Of a stretch of 50,064 bases of DNA, positions 19,091 to 29,572 are shown piece after piece. The notes below the pieces were generated by a model. The model was not told the DNA's origin, did no database searches, and saw only the letters and a list, made by a program, of their open reading frames with translations. The stretch is from Acidimicrobiales bacterium (GTDB taxonomy: Bacteria; Actinomycetota; Acidimicrobiia; Acidimicrobiales; SZUA-35), in the NCBI GenBank assembly GCA_020628305.1, contig JAHDFH010000001.1, forward strand, positions 1-50,064. Reading direction: 5' to 3'. The translations under genes were made by a program, and so were the position numbers. The stretch's first letter is position 1; each line of letters begins with the position of its first letter.

Positions 19091-19975
19091 CTAGCCCCGC
19101 TCTACTCGTAGAACACCGTCAGTTCGGGCAATCCGACGGTTACCGCTGATTTCACACGCCAAAACTTCGTGGCGAGCGACTTGAAGCACCCGCTCCACTT
19201 CAGCCGAGCTTGGTGGATGCCCAAGTTCGTCCCGAAGCCACTCTCGAATCGAGGTTTGCTGAAGTAATTCATGATGTTGAGTTAGTGCCCTTGTATCGGT
19301 TGGGTCAACTCCGGATGCGAGTTCGGTTACAAATGCAGATGTTTGTGCACTCATTTCAGCTGTCCTGGCTAGCAGGGGCACGATATCTCTCGATGCGATG
19401 TCGGATCCGAGGGGAATTAGCTCTCGACGCACTCGGTTGCGAAGAAAGCGAGAATCTTGGTTGCTGGGATCTACAAAGTAATCAACGTCGAGTAGTTCAC
19501 AGAGCTTCTCAGTCTCACTTCTCCGTAGGCCTAAAATAGGATGCTTGGCTTTGTCGGTCATACCTGAAAGACCTGAAGGTCCGGCGCCACGCAGAAGGTT
19601 AATAAGAACAGTCTCAGCTTGGTCATCCATCGTGTGTCCTAGTAAAGCACCTGGCCCGAGCAGACGATGCCGTTCGATACGTGCACGTTGTTCAAGATCG
19701 CTCCCGTCGACCACTTCGGCCTTGTGGCTTACAAATCCACAACCAAACTTGTTCGCAACCTCAGCAACAAACTCAGCTTCGGATGCTTGCCTAATCCCAT
19801 GATCAACGTGCGCTGCCGTAGGGTTCAGCCCTGCTTGTTTGGCAAGCCACAGCAACGCTACAGAATCAGCTCCACCAGAAACGCCACAAACAACCTCACC
19901 CCTCGATTGTTCAAAAGTGCAGAGCGACAGCAAAGTATGAGTGAATTGTTCGAGTTCAGAAACTGAGCCAGGCAC
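19091..19975 (-). CDS. tilS: tRNA(Ile)-lysidine synthetase
   Basis: SGGADS PP-loop, HVDHGIR, GHTMDDQAET, DPSNQD...RNRVR. Confidence 0.95.
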   Translation of the reverse strand: MPGSVSELEQFTHTLLSLCTFEQSRGEVVCGVSGGADSVALLWLAKQAGLNPTAAHVDHGIRQASEAEFVAEVANKFGCGFVSHKAEVVDGSDLEQRARIERHRLLGPGALLGHTMDDQAETVLINLLRGAGPSGLSGMTDKAKHPILGLRRSETEKLCELLDVDYFVDPSNQDSRFLRNRVRRELIPLGSDIASRDIVPLLARTAEMSAQTSAFVTELASGVDPTDTRALTQHHELLQQTSIREWLRDELGHPPSSAEVERVLQVARHEVLACEISGNRRIARTDGVLRVERG

Positions 19976-20043
19976 GATGTTCAGCCTAGAGGCGAAGCTG
20001 TGTTAACGTCTCAACTAGTTATGTAACGATTGGGGTAACTCGG

Positions 20044-23000
20044 GTGTTTGACGTCAAAAAGCTAGCCATTGTTGGCAGTGCTGTGGTTTTCTTATCCGTC
20101 CTTAACGGAATTGGCGCCAACGCTATTCCGGTGGCGCAAGAGCCGGCTACTGAAGCTGTTATCGAAGTCATGGTTGACGGAGTTGAACCGTTCGATTCAA
20201 CAACTTTCGATCCTGGTTCTGGAGCGGAGTTTGGTAACGACGCTAACGATGCGAACGGTATTGTGCGCAACTTCGATGCGGTCCAGTATCGAGTGGAAGT
20301 ATCTCTGAACGATGCTGATGACACCAACCTTCACACCACACTCACGCTTTCGGATAATGCTTACTGGTCTGGTGTTCCTCTCGAATGTAAAACCGCTGAA
20401 GATCTGTTTTTCGGATCACCAACTTCAGAGCTGTTAGATCTGAACGCTGACGGGTTGGCCGAAACCCTTGTCTGCAATTTCGGGGATCATTCAGAAGGCA
20501 CCAAGCTTGCTATTGAACCAATAGCAATAGCCGCTGGAAATAACGGCGAAACAATGACCGCCTCTATCACTTCTACTAGCGATGCAAGCGTGTCTGATTG
20601 GAACAGTGACCCGGTTGACACGATCATCACGGCAGACTTTGGCATCGGTATCTCAAAAGCGGTTGCCGGTTTGCCAAGAGATCAGAAAGTGGACTACCAA
20701 GATCGCTACTATGCGGCTTCTGTATATGGTGCTGAGGGCAGAGTAGTTGAGTGGCATATTTCCCTGAACTACAACCCAGGTTCAGAGTACGTTGATGATG
20801 ATGGAACAGGCGTGCAGAGCTTCACCCTTACCGACACTTGGGTAGGAACTCACAGCAATGATCCTTCGGTCGAGGGAGATAACGCTAACGGCGTCTACAA
20901 CGACGGAATTGTCCTCTTTGGTGACATCGCTGGTGACCCGCTAGAGTCGTGTGCTCTGCTCACACCAGTTTCTGGTGCGACCGTAACTTGTACACAGCCC
21001 GGCCCTGGTGAACCAATCACGATTCAGATTGACGATGCCCCTGTCAACCAGGCGACGATGGCTACGGTCAGAATGCAGCTTTGGTTCCCATTCAGTTCGA
21101 TCTTCGTTCCAAACACGCTTGATAGGGCAGAAACTTACGATGTGAACAACACAGTTGAACTTACAGGTTGGGGCGGGGCAGGCACTCTCGTAACTTCACA
21201 AACCGGTAGCGTTGATCCGGGCCCAGAAATAGCTAGCGATGATTGGCTTATTTCAGCTTCGAACAGTGGTGGCTTCCTGGCTTATTACAAGACGTTCGAC
21301 AATCTGGGCGGCTTCAAAACTGGGCAACGCGCGGCAGGCATTGGTGATGAAGTAGAGACGTCTTTGGTTCTCCAGGATAATTCTCCTAGGGATCTCAACA
21401 TCGGTATTTGTGACACACTCGACACTACATCGTTAGAGTTTGCTGGAACTGACGGTCCTTTGCAGAAGGACGCAGTTATTAACGGGCAATCCAATAACAC
21501 TACATACAGTAGAACTGACAGAGACGTTGGTTGGGAGTCTTTGCATAACCGCTTCAATCCTGTGCTTAATGCAAGAATCACCGGAGTAACTGGCAATCAC
21601 TATGACGCAACCGACGTTGGGGTAACAGTCCAGTTCAGCGATGTTGACTATGCAGCCACGGGCGATGACCACTGGACGGCTACTTGTGAAGACGATCTAA
21701 CTGGCGACGGCAACAGCGACTGGGTCGATGATTACAACGATCTCCCTGGCGGAGAAAGTTCGGTAGTGCGAGTCCGAATGCTTTGGGACAAACAGAGCAG
21801 CGTGTTAGCGACGCTAGATAACATTTACGGCACTTACCAAGTTTTCTATTCTTTCAATGTTCGTATCAAGCCAACCGCAACGGTAAACAGCTACATCCCT
21901 AACACGGCAAGTATTTTGACCAACTCCGGTGTCTGGTTTGAAACGATTGGTGGCGGTCCTCTTTACAGAGATACTGAAACAGATCCAACCAACGCCCTTT
22001 ACTCTTTCGATGCTTTCAACGCAGACCGTATTTGGGTCCTCCCGGCGTCAATGACAATAGACAAAACTAACGAGCCACTTGGCGCACAGGGTCCTTACGG
22101 GGCAGGCGATATTGCCACTTTCCGTATCACACCGAGTATTTCGGGATCTGGCCCAGCAGACCAGACAGTAACTATCTATGACAATTTGCCCAATGAATTG
22201 GCCTATGTGTCAGATGATTGCGAAGCGGCAGCCTCAGCGCTGGGCTTAACCTGTACAACTACTCTCTTAGGTGATGATGCTACGTGGACAATTACTGGCT
22301 ACACAATTGGTGATCCACTCCCAAGTATCGTGCTTGAGGCAGAAGTCAAAGCTGGTACCCCAGCTGGCGCCTATACAAACGGAGTCTTTATAGAAACAAC
22401 TTGGCCTGACCTTGCCGATGACTCACATTGCGACACGGCTGTCAACAGCAATGGGACCGTAACTACCACGTCACAAAGAGAGTGTCGTAATGCGGTTGTT
22501 GCAGGTCACGTGAGCCGAGCGACAATCCTTGTGCCGTCCGAGGCTGGTGAGTCTGTTGTCAAGTCTGATGAGTTGGTAATCACAGAGCCAAACGCTGATT
22601 GGGTTACTGAGTTGACTTACACCAATCTGGGTGGCTCGGATTTTGGTCCCGGTCAATTGATTGATGTTGTGGCGTTTAATGGTGATGGTGTTGTCGGTTC
22701 GTCTACTGAGCGATTTAACCAGCCAACGGAGAACCCAGCTAACGCCAACACAGAGACCAATACTTCTGATCAAGATGGTCGGGTTGATTTTGTGTCTGTT
22801 ACGCCGTCGGCTGCTGGTGAGACATTTGAGTACACGACTACGGATGCTGCGTTGGTTGATATTAGGCCGTGTGCTCCGTCTAACTGGCCTGCTGGTGACA
22901 GCCTCGGTTCTGGTAATGCTTTGCTAGATCAGATTTGTGGCCTTGGTTTGGTAGATCCAGCTACAGACATCCCAACTGCTTCTCAGACTGGTACGGGGGC

Positions 23001-24837
23001 AACCGACTGGACGGCCGCTGCTAGCGCTGATGTGACGGCTATTCGTGCTTCGTTGCCAGCGTTTGCAGCTGGTGAAGCTGAGAGAACAATAGCGTTAACC
23101 ATGAACGTCGCCTTTGCTCATGAAGGTGACCTTCTGTGTAACAATTTTGGCTTGAACTCTGAGATTGTGACGCTTGACATCATCTCTAACGATGTGTGTG
23201 TTGAAGTGGTGTCTGGCTCGATCGGCGATTATGTGTGGGCTGATAGTAATGGTGATGGGGTTCAGGATGCTGATGAATCACCTATTTCTGGCGTGACGCT
23301 TAAGTTGTTGGATGGTGCTGGCAATCCTATTCTCGATGAGGACGGCAACCCAATGACAGCAGTGACGGACGCTGATGGTCTGTATTTGTTTGAGGAGCTT
23401 CCGTCTGGTGACTACACCGTGATGGTTGACACTGCGACTCTGCCTGCTGGTTTGACTCAGTCCTATGATTTTGATGGTGCTGGAGACGATATGTCTGTTA
23501 CTAGCCTTGTTGGTCCTGCAACTGATCCCACGTTGGTGGATGTTGAGGATGATCTAGATCAAGACTTTGGCTATTTGGCAGGGTCGATTGGCGATTATGT
23601 GTGGATTGACACTAATGGTGATGGTGTACAAGATTCGGATGAACTGCCTATTGAGGGGGTGACTGTTAAATTGCTGGACGCAGCAGGTGGCCCTGTGTTG
23701 GACATTAATGGAGATCCGGTTACGACTGTGACCGATTCTGCTGGTCTGTACTTGTTTGACAATGTTGCTTTCGGTACCTATACGGTGATGGTTGACGAGT
23801 CAACTTTGCCTGCTGGTTTGTCTCCAACTTATGACTTTGATGGTGGCCTAGACTCGATGTCTGTAGTCACAATCGATCTGACTAACCCGCATGACCGTGA
23901 TCAAGATTTCGGTTATCTATCTGGTTCTATAGGTGATTATGTTTGGTTCGATGCTGATGGTGACGGTGTTCAGGACACCGATGAGGACCCTATCGCTGGT
24001 GTGACGGTGAAGCTGTTGGATGGCGCTGGTGATCCGATCTTAGATAGTTCAGGCAATCCGGTTACGGCTGTGACCGATTCTGCTGGTCTGTACTTGTTTG
24101 ATGATCTTCCACTCGGTGACTACATAGTGATGATTGACGAGACCACTTTGCCTTTAGGCGTTGATCAATCTTATGACTTTGACGGTGGGCTCGATAACAT
24201 GTCTGCAACAACGTTGAGTGCTGCGGCGCCTGATGACCGTGACCAGGACTTTGGTTATGTTCCTCCGGTGTATGATGTTGCTTTGTTGGTTGATGTGGCC
24301 GCAGGTACTGGCTCGGAGCTCTCTGTGGGCGATGATGTCACATTCGTGATTGACGTTATGAATCAGGGTGACTTGGATGTTTGTAATGTCGGTGTTATTG
24401 CTTATATTCCCGAGGGTCTAATACTGAATGACCCTGCTTGGGAGCTTGATGCAGACGGCAACGCTGTGTTGGTTGATCCAATTGATGGCATTCCAGCAGG
24501 GATGATGGTCTCTGTGAATATTGTGTTTACAATCGCTGATGGTGCGTCTGGTGATTTGACGCTACTTTCTGAGATAACGGAGTTCTACGGTGCTGATTGT
24601 TTAGAAGCTGTTGATATCGACTCATTTGCAGATGGTGAGCTGGGCGATGTTGTGGTTGATGGGGTAGTGGACGGCACAGACGGAGACGAGGACGACTCAG
24701 ACATTGCTGTTATTACAGTTGTTGGCACAGATGCTATTGCCTTTACAGGCGCATCGACATCGCTCCTGGTTGGGGCCGGTTTGCTTGTACTAGCAGCTGG
24801 ACTGCTACTTCGCAGAAGACTGCAACTTAGCCATTAA
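20044..24837 (+). CDS. large cell-wall-anchored adhesin-like protein (SdrD B-like repeats, DUF11-like domains)
   Basis: Signal peptide; three GSIGDYVWxDxxGDGVQD repeats; C-terminal IAFTG + TM + RRR sortase signal. Confidence 0.88.
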   Translation: MFDVKKLAIVGSAVVFLSVLNGIGANAIPVAQEPATEAVIEVMVDGVEPFDSTTFDPGSGAEFGNDANDANGIVRNFDAVQYRVEVSLNDADDTNLHTTLTLSDNAYWSGVPLECKTAEDLFFGSPTSELLDLNADGLAETLVCNFGDHSEGTKLAIEPIAIAAGNNGETMTASITSTSDASVSDWNSDPVDTIITADFGIGISKAVAGLPRDQKVDYQDRYYAASVYGAEGRVVEWHISLNYNPGSEYVDDDGTGVQSFTLTDTWVGTHSNDPSVEGDNANGVYNDGIVLFGDIAGDPLESCALLTPVSGATVTCTQPGPGEPITIQIDDAPVNQATMATVRMQLWFPFSSIFVPNTLDRAETYDVNNTVELTGWGGAGTLVTSQTGSVDPGPEIASDDWLISASNSGGFLAYYKTFDNLGGFKTGQRAAGIGDEVETSLVLQDNSPRDLNIGICDTLDTTSLEFAGTDGPLQKDAVINGQSNNTTYSRTDRDVGWESLHNRFNPVLNARITGVTGNHYDATDVGVTVQFSDVDYAATGDDHWTATCEDDLTGDGNSDWVDDYNDLPGGESSVVRVRMLWDKQSSVLATLDNIYGTYQVFYSFNVRIKPTATVNSYIPNTASILTNSGVWFETIGGGPLYRDTETDPTNALYSFDAFNADRIWVLPASMTIDKTNEPLGAQGPYGAGDIATFRITPSISGSGPADQTVTIYDNLPNELAYVSDDCEAAASALGLTCTTTLLGDDATWTITGYTIGDPLPSIVLEAEVKAGTPAGAYTNGVFIETTWPDLADDSHCDTAVNSNGTVTTTSQRECRNAVVAGHVSRATILVPSEAGESVVKSDELVITEPNADWVTELTYTNLGGSDFGPGQLIDVVAFNGDGVVGSSTERFNQPTENPANANTETNTSDQDGRVDFVSVTPSAAGETFEYTTTDAALVDIRPCAPSNWPAGDSLGSGNALLDQICGLGLVDPATDIPTASQTGTGATDWTAAASADVTAIRASLPAFAAGEAERTIALTMNVAFAHEGDLLCNNFGLNSEIVTLDIISNDVCVEVVSGSIGDYVWADSNGDGVQDADESPISGVTLKLLDGAGNPILDEDGNPMTAVTDADGLYLFEELPSGDYTVMVDTATLPAGLTQSYDFDGAGDDMSVTSLVGPATDPTLVDVEDDLDQDFGYLAGSIGDYVWIDTNGDGVQDSDELPIEGVTVKLLDAAGGPVLDINGDPVTTVTDSAGLYLFDNVAFGTYTVMVDESTLPAGLSPTYDFDGGLDSMSVVTIDLTNPHDRDQDFGYLSGSIGDYVWFDADGDGVQDTDEDPIAGVTVKLLDGAGDPILDSSGNPVTAVTDSAGLYLFDDLPLGDYIVMIDETTLPLGVDQSYDFDGGLDNMSATTLSAAAPDDRDQDFGYVPPVYDVALLVDVAAGTGSELSVGDDVTFVIDVMNQGDLDVCNVGVIAYIPEGLILNDPAWELDADGNAVLVDPIDGIPAGMMVSVNIVFTIADGASGDLTLLSEITEFYGADCLEAVDIDSFADGELGDVVVDGVVDGTDGDEDDSDIAVITVVGTDAIAFTGASTSLLVGAGLLVLAAGLLLRRRLQLSH
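23212..24260 (+). repeat. three tandem SdrD-B domain repeats
   Basis: Units start at ~23212, ~23578 and ~23920; 46-bp near-identical stretch at 23714-23759 and 24056-24101. Confidence 0.85.
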
Positions 24838-26986
24838 TCAGGGGTGTACAAATAGTTGGTTCGGACTTTACATTATCCAGTAAGGTCTGAACTGAATATT
24901 CAATTGCACCCTCACGGGTCGTGTCGCTGAAACTCAACTGGTCTGTCTTTCCTCGCCACCATACAGTACCTGCGTCAACGCTTCTGGATACTACATATTC
25001 GGCACCAGGAGCAGCTTCTTGCCAGTTAACAGTAACATCTGCGCCAACTTGTGAAACGCTACAAGAATCAACTGGAGTAACTTCATTGTTATCCGGCACA
25101 TCGTTATTGCTGCAGGGCTGCTGGGGGCTTCGGGTTTCATCTTCACCTACTGCCACAACGAAATATTCAAGTGAGGCGTCACGGTAACTGTCTATGAAGC
25201 TGAGAGAGTCTGTAGAACCTCGCCAGTACGCTTGAGATCCATCTACAGTCCGATAGATCACGTACCGAACAGCTTGTTCTGAAGCTTCCCAGGTGACTTC
25301 GATCCCATCCCCAATGACTACAAACGTACAGGAATTGGGTGCTTCGATTGGAGTTGGGGGTGGAGCGTCAATGTCTTCAGTGCATTTGACTGGAGTTCCC
25401 GAAACATTTCCGTTGCGAGCTTCGACGAAGTACTCAAGCTCTGCATCACGATTGATATCAGTGAACGTAAAGGTTTGGCCATCTACAGCACCTCGCCAAT
25501 ATGGAGTTGAGCCATTGACAGTTCGTCGAATAATAAACCTCTCAGCCTCGTCTTGAGCGTCCCAGCTAACTTTCACTGTTGAGTTGTTGAACTGTACGCT
25601 GCATGCTTCAACTGACGGACCCGTCGCAGACTCCGGACTGAACCGAGCCAGTCCGTACAGCGCTCGGCTGCCACCTTGAGTGAACTGTCCGCCTACCCAA
25701 AGTCTTCCATTGGAGTCTTCTTTAAGTGCCCAGCCGCCTCCTTGGCCCCTAAGATCAAACTCGAGAGGCAGTAGCTTGCCAGTCGACTTGTTGAAGCCGT
25801 ACACGCCTTTGACTCGCTGTGGTTCCCCAACAGCACCAACCTGGAAGTCCGCCAGCATTGTTCGATACTGATCGATATTCATTCGTTCACCGAGAGGTGT
25901 ATAAACGCCTAGTGGAAGGCGAGTGACTGACCCCCAACAATGGCAACTAGCCCAAACATACTTGGAGCCAATCTCAATCGCCTGGTTGTCTCCTCCTTTA
26001 CCAACGTCAAACTCCGGAATCTGCTGACTGTAGTACCCCTCGATCGGCTCTAGATCATCAGCAAGCAATACAGCAGTTTGGTGTGTTTTTCCGCCTACAT
26101 AGACCCGGTTACCGTCGGTTTGAACATCCCATAGGCGGTTGGAGGATCGTTCATAGCTAGCAACGTTTACGGGGTAGCCCTGTGTTACTCCCTCTTTGAG
26201 TCGTGCAGTTTGCGGGTCTAGAGTGGCAAAGAAATCCGAACGGTTGTCTGTCAGTGCAGCATCAAGACCGCCTACATTGTCGACCGATCCAAATTTGCCA
26301 GCGATGTAAACTCGTTCCCGGTTAACATCAACAGCAATTCCGTGAACGCCATTGCCTTGGTAGTTGGGTCCTTCATATTTTTGTAGAGAAGGAATCCATG
26401 ATTCATCGATGCTTCCATCGACAGCGGAGAAACGTGCCAGGCTTGTTAGCGCAACTCCCTGAGCGTTGGCGAATGTTCCTCCGGCATAGAGCTGGTTGCC
26501 AACGAGTTCGATGTCGAACACTGCTGGCGTTCCCCAAGAGTTAGTGATGTTGGTATCAAAGCCGGGGAGTGTCGCACCGGTGGTTGGATCAATTGCGACT
26601 ATTCCTCCTGTCATCTCACCGCCAACGAGTAGGCGACCATCTGGGGTGCTGGTGATTGTGTAGACAGCGTTGTCGAGTTCTGGCCTGAAGCTCGAGATCC
26701 ATTCACCAGTGTCAAGGTCAAAAGCAGCTAAGAAAGACTGATCAAACTCTTGACCCTCCGGAGACAAAAGCCTTGTGAAAGTGCCGCCCGCATACATTTT
26801 GCCATCGAGCTCGTGCAGATCCCAAATTAAGGCCCTGATGGCCCCCGTGTGCATAACACGATCGGTCTTGTCCTTAACATCCCAAATTTCCTCCGGAGTT
26901 ACCGAGTAATCAGCGCTAGCCGGGCTGGATGTAAGCAATATGAAACCCAGCAGCGCTGGGGCAAGAAAATAGATAAATCTACGCAT
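24827..26986 (-). CDS. secreted beta-propeller protein with three C-terminal FN3-like repeats
   Basis: Signal peptide; repeated (L/V)Y(A/V)GG(T/Q)F blades; three SC..V.W..Y.I.R.V.G..(Y/W)WRG..F.D..R..EY.V repeats. Confidence 0.8.
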   Translation of the reverse strand: MRRFIYFLAPALLGFILLTSSPASADYSVTPEEIWDVKDKTDRVMHTGAIRALIWDLHELDGKMYAGGTFTRLLSPEGQEFDQSFLAAFDLDTGEWISSFRPELDNAVYTITSTPDGRLLVGGEMTGGIVAIDPTTGATLPGFDTNITNSWGTPAVFDIELVGNQLYAGGTFANAQGVALTSLARFSAVDGSIDESWIPSLQKYEGPNYQGNGVHGIAVDVNRERVYIAGKFGSVDNVGGLDAALTDNRSDFFATLDPQTARLKEGVTQGYPVNVASYERSSNRLWDVQTDGNRVYVGGKTHQTAVLLADDLEPIEGYYSQQIPEFDVGKGGDNQAIEIGSKYVWASCHCWGSVTRLPLGVYTPLGERMNIDQYRTMLADFQVGAVGEPQRVKGVYGFNKSTGKLLPLEFDLRGQGGGWALKEDSNGRLWVGGQFTQGGSRALYGLARFSPESATGPSVEACSVQFNNSTVKVSWDAQDEAERFIIRRTVNGSTPYWRGAVDGQTFTFTDINRDAELEYFVEARNGNVSGTPVKCTEDIDAPPPTPIEAPNSCTFVVIGDGIEVTWEASEQAVRYVIYRTVDGSQAYWRGSTDSLSFIDSYRDASLEYFVVAVGEDETRSPQQPCSNNDVPDNNEVTPVDSCSVSQVGADVTVNWQEAAPGAEYVVSRSVDAGTVWWRGKTDQLSFSDTTREGAIEYSVQTLLDNVKSEPTICTPLING

Positions 26987-27064
26987 CAATATGCAATCGA
27001 CCATTAACACCCAGAAATTGAGTGGGTACTTCCCCTAGTGCGGCTCCTGCAGTAGTTTGTTTAG

Positions 27065-27472
27065 ATGAAACTAATCGCTTATTTAGCAGTTTTGCTCTCT
27101 GTTTTTCTGTTGTCATGTTCTTCAACTGACGAAGAGCCTGAAGGGGTGGAAGCCCAAACCCCGTCTTCCCTCGGTGACGAAATCGAAGATGAAGGGTTGC
27201 TCACCTTTGAAGAAGCACCGGATGTTGAGTCTCAATCCGAAGAAGAGTGGGCACAGGCGTTAGCGGCAAGCTGGCTCGGCAGTAGCACCAATAACGGAAC
27301 GCAGGAGCTGGCTGAATGTATTGGTCAAGGGTTGGTTGACCAGATTGGTATTGCCCGTTTACTTGAGCTGGGCGTGAGGGTTGAGGATGTTGACGCTGGC
27401 ATGGTCAGCGCTGGTTTTACTGACGATGAAGCCGAGTTAATTGGGGAGATCTCAGCCGGATGTGAAGGTTAG
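27065..27472 (+). CDS. putative lipoprotein
   Basis: MKLIAYLAVLLSVFLLSC lipobox; acidic mature part. Confidence 0.7.
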   Translation: MKLIAYLAVLLSVFLLSCSSTDEEPEGVEAQTPSSLGDEIEDEGLLTFEEAPDVESQSEEEWAQALAASWLGSSTNNGTQELAECIGQGLVDQIGIARLLELGVRVEDVDAGMVSAGFTDDEAELIGEISAGCEG

Positions 27473-28203
27473 CCAAAGACCGTAAAAGCGGTTCTTATAA
27501 CCAGAGCAGCCACGACCAGAATTAGAAAGGTTCTGGCTACGATCTGTTGCTTTGTCATAGTCCCCTGTTTCACAAATCGTGTTTCTGATCCTGGACTGAG
27601 CGTGAGGTGATGCTCAATTAATTTTGCCAGATCATCTGCCTGTCTAACGTTAAGTATTAGGTCAATATCCTTTTCTGCGTCTTTGTGTTGGATGGTGTGA
27701 AATAGGCTCCGAGGGTTGGCTACTAAACCGCTCACAGGGTGAAATACAGCATCCATGACGACCGATGATGTGTACAACTCTGGAGCTTCTCGTCGAAGCT
27801 GAGAGCGGTACCACGAATGAAAACTCACTTCCAACCATCCGTGACTATCGGTGCGGGTCACTTTAGCGATCCCTGGCCATGGGGTGATAACGGTTGAGCG
27901 TCTCCCAGCTGATAGAGGACCTGTTATGTACTCCCACGAGAGACCCTCAGGGTCGACCTTTACCTGAAATGGAAGTGGGTTTGGCGAAATTGGATTAACA
28001 AGGATGAGAGCAGTGACAACACCGGCGGCACAGATAACACTGGCAATATAAGGATTGAGTTCCAGAGTTACGAGTAAAATTCCTAGAGGTAAACTCAGAA
28101 GAAAAATGAATAAAATTTTAAACACATCGTTTGCACTAGCGTGTTTCAAGAATTGGCGACTTTCGAAGACTTGAGCTTCGTTGTCTGGGGTCATGTTGCT
28201 CAC
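27469..28203 (-). CDS. hypothetical membrane protein
   Basis: Two N-terminal TM helices, a soluble domain and a C-terminal TM. Confidence 0.65.
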   Translation of the reverse strand: MSNMTPDNEAQVFESRQFLKHASANDVFKILFIFLLSLPLGILLVTLELNPYIASVICAAGVVTALILVNPISPNPLPFQVKVDPEGLSWEYITGPLSAGRRSTVITPWPGIAKVTRTDSHGWLEVSFHSWYRSQLRREAPELYTSSVVMDAVFHPVSGLVANPRSLFHTIQHKDAEKDIDLILNVRQADDLAKLIEHHLTLSPGSETRFVKQGTMTKQQIVARTFLILVVAALVIRTAFTVFG

Positions 28204-28247
28204 AGGTGTTTTATCGGAAGTCCTGGACTTTAGATTAGCCTTACATC

Positions 28248-29030
28248 ATGACCAAGGTGATGGGCATACTGAATGTCACCCCGGATTCTTTTTCTGACGG
28301 TGGGCAGTACGACAGCGTGGATGCTGCTGTTCAGCGGGGCATAGAGATGTTTGCCGCTGGCGCAGACGTTGTGGATGTGGGCGGTGAATCTACACGCCCA
28401 GGGGCGGCGCCTGTTTCAGAGGACCAGGAACTTGAGCGGGTGATCCCCGTTATAGAAGATCTCAGCTCTATGGGTCAGGTTTCAATCGACACACGTCATG
28501 TGACAGTCGCTAGTGAGGCTGTCACCGCTGGAGCGACGATTATTAACGACGTAAGCGCTTCACTCAGCACCGTAGCCGCTGAGGCGGGCGTTTCTTGGAT
28601 AGCGATGCATATGCAGGGCTTACCTGAAAACATGCAGCACGATCCTAGCTACAGCAACGTAGTCGGCGAAGTTAAAGACTATTTGGTGGAGAAAGCTTTA
28701 GAGGCGCAGCAAATCGGGGTGCCACAAACCTGGATTGATCCAGGGTTTGGCTTTGGCAAGACTCTTGCCCACAATTTGGCTCTGTTGGCGAATATTGACC
28801 AGTTCGTTGCTACTGGACTTCCAGTTGCGGTAGGAATTAGCCGAAAATCAATGCTGGGTGAGCTCTTAGCTATTTCCGATGGTGCGGCAGAACCCGTCCC
28901 AATCGAAGACAGACTCGAAGCTTCACTTTTTTCTGCCGCTTTTACGATGCTAAAGGGTGTTGACCTGGTTAGAGTTCACGATGTAACTTCTACGTTACGG
29001 GTGCGGGCATTGATTCACAGGAGTAGTTGA
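28248..29030 (+). CDS. folP: dihydropteroate synthase
   Basis: MGILNVTPDSFSDGG, GGESTRPG, DPGFGFGK, SRKS, RVHDV. Confidence 0.97.
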   Translation: MTKVMGILNVTPDSFSDGGQYDSVDAAVQRGIEMFAAGADVVDVGGESTRPGAAPVSEDQELERVIPVIEDLSSMGQVSIDTRHVTVASEAVTAGATIINDVSASLSTVAAEAGVSWIAMHMQGLPENMQHDPSYSNVVGEVKDYLVEKALEAQQIGVPQTWIDPGFGFGKTLAHNLALLANIDQFVATGLPVAVGISRKSMLGELLAISDGAAEPVPIEDRLEASLFSAAFTMLKGVDLVRVHDVTSTLRVRALIHRSS

Positions 29031-29572
29031 TGCCAAAGGGAAAATGGGCTCAAGGAATTAAGCCCCGTCATTTGCAATGGTTTATCCAAGATAAGTTGGC
29101 TATTTGCGAGCGCCCTGGAGGATATGGCCCTGATCATCGTCTAGTCAGACGACAAGAGGAAGTCATTTGGATTCGTGAAAGCGACTTCACGTACCTTATT
29201 TCACTTCTTCCAGACAACGAGAACCTAGAAACTTATGATGACTGTGGCATGCCTTGGAAGCATTGGCCATTCCCACAAGATGTAGACCTCGAAGTTTCGC
29301 TTCCTGTTATCTACCCAGAGCTTCATCAGAACCTCACCGACGGTAAGAAGCTTCTGATGCACGCAGAAGAGCTTAATGATCGCTTCGCTGGTTTCTTAGC
29401 TGGCTATCTGTGTTGGAGCAACATGGTGCCAGTCATTCACGAAGCCATCACTGTCACAGAAGCTATTTTGGGTCGGCCGCTTGCGCCAAACGCTCGAGCG
29501 ATAGTGCAAAAAGCCGCAGAACTGCGAGATTCAGCGCCTATGGCAGTCAAGCAAGAAGCCCTAATTGCCTAA
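29030..29572 (+). CDS. conserved-looking hypothetical protein, DSP/PTP-like fold lacking catalytic Cys
   Basis: TGATG coupling to folP; KLAICERPG, YLISLL, WKHWP, LLMHAEELNDR (H-A-x5-R). Confidence 0.7.
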   Translation: MPKGKWAQGIKPRHLQWFIQDKLAICERPGGYGPDHRLVRRQEEVIWIRESDFTYLISLLPDNENLETYDDCGMPWKHWPFPQDVDLEVSLPVIYPELHQNLTDGKKLLMHAEELNDRFAGFLAGYLCWSNMVPVIHEAITVTEAILGRPLAPNARAIVQKAAELRDSAPMAVKQEALIA

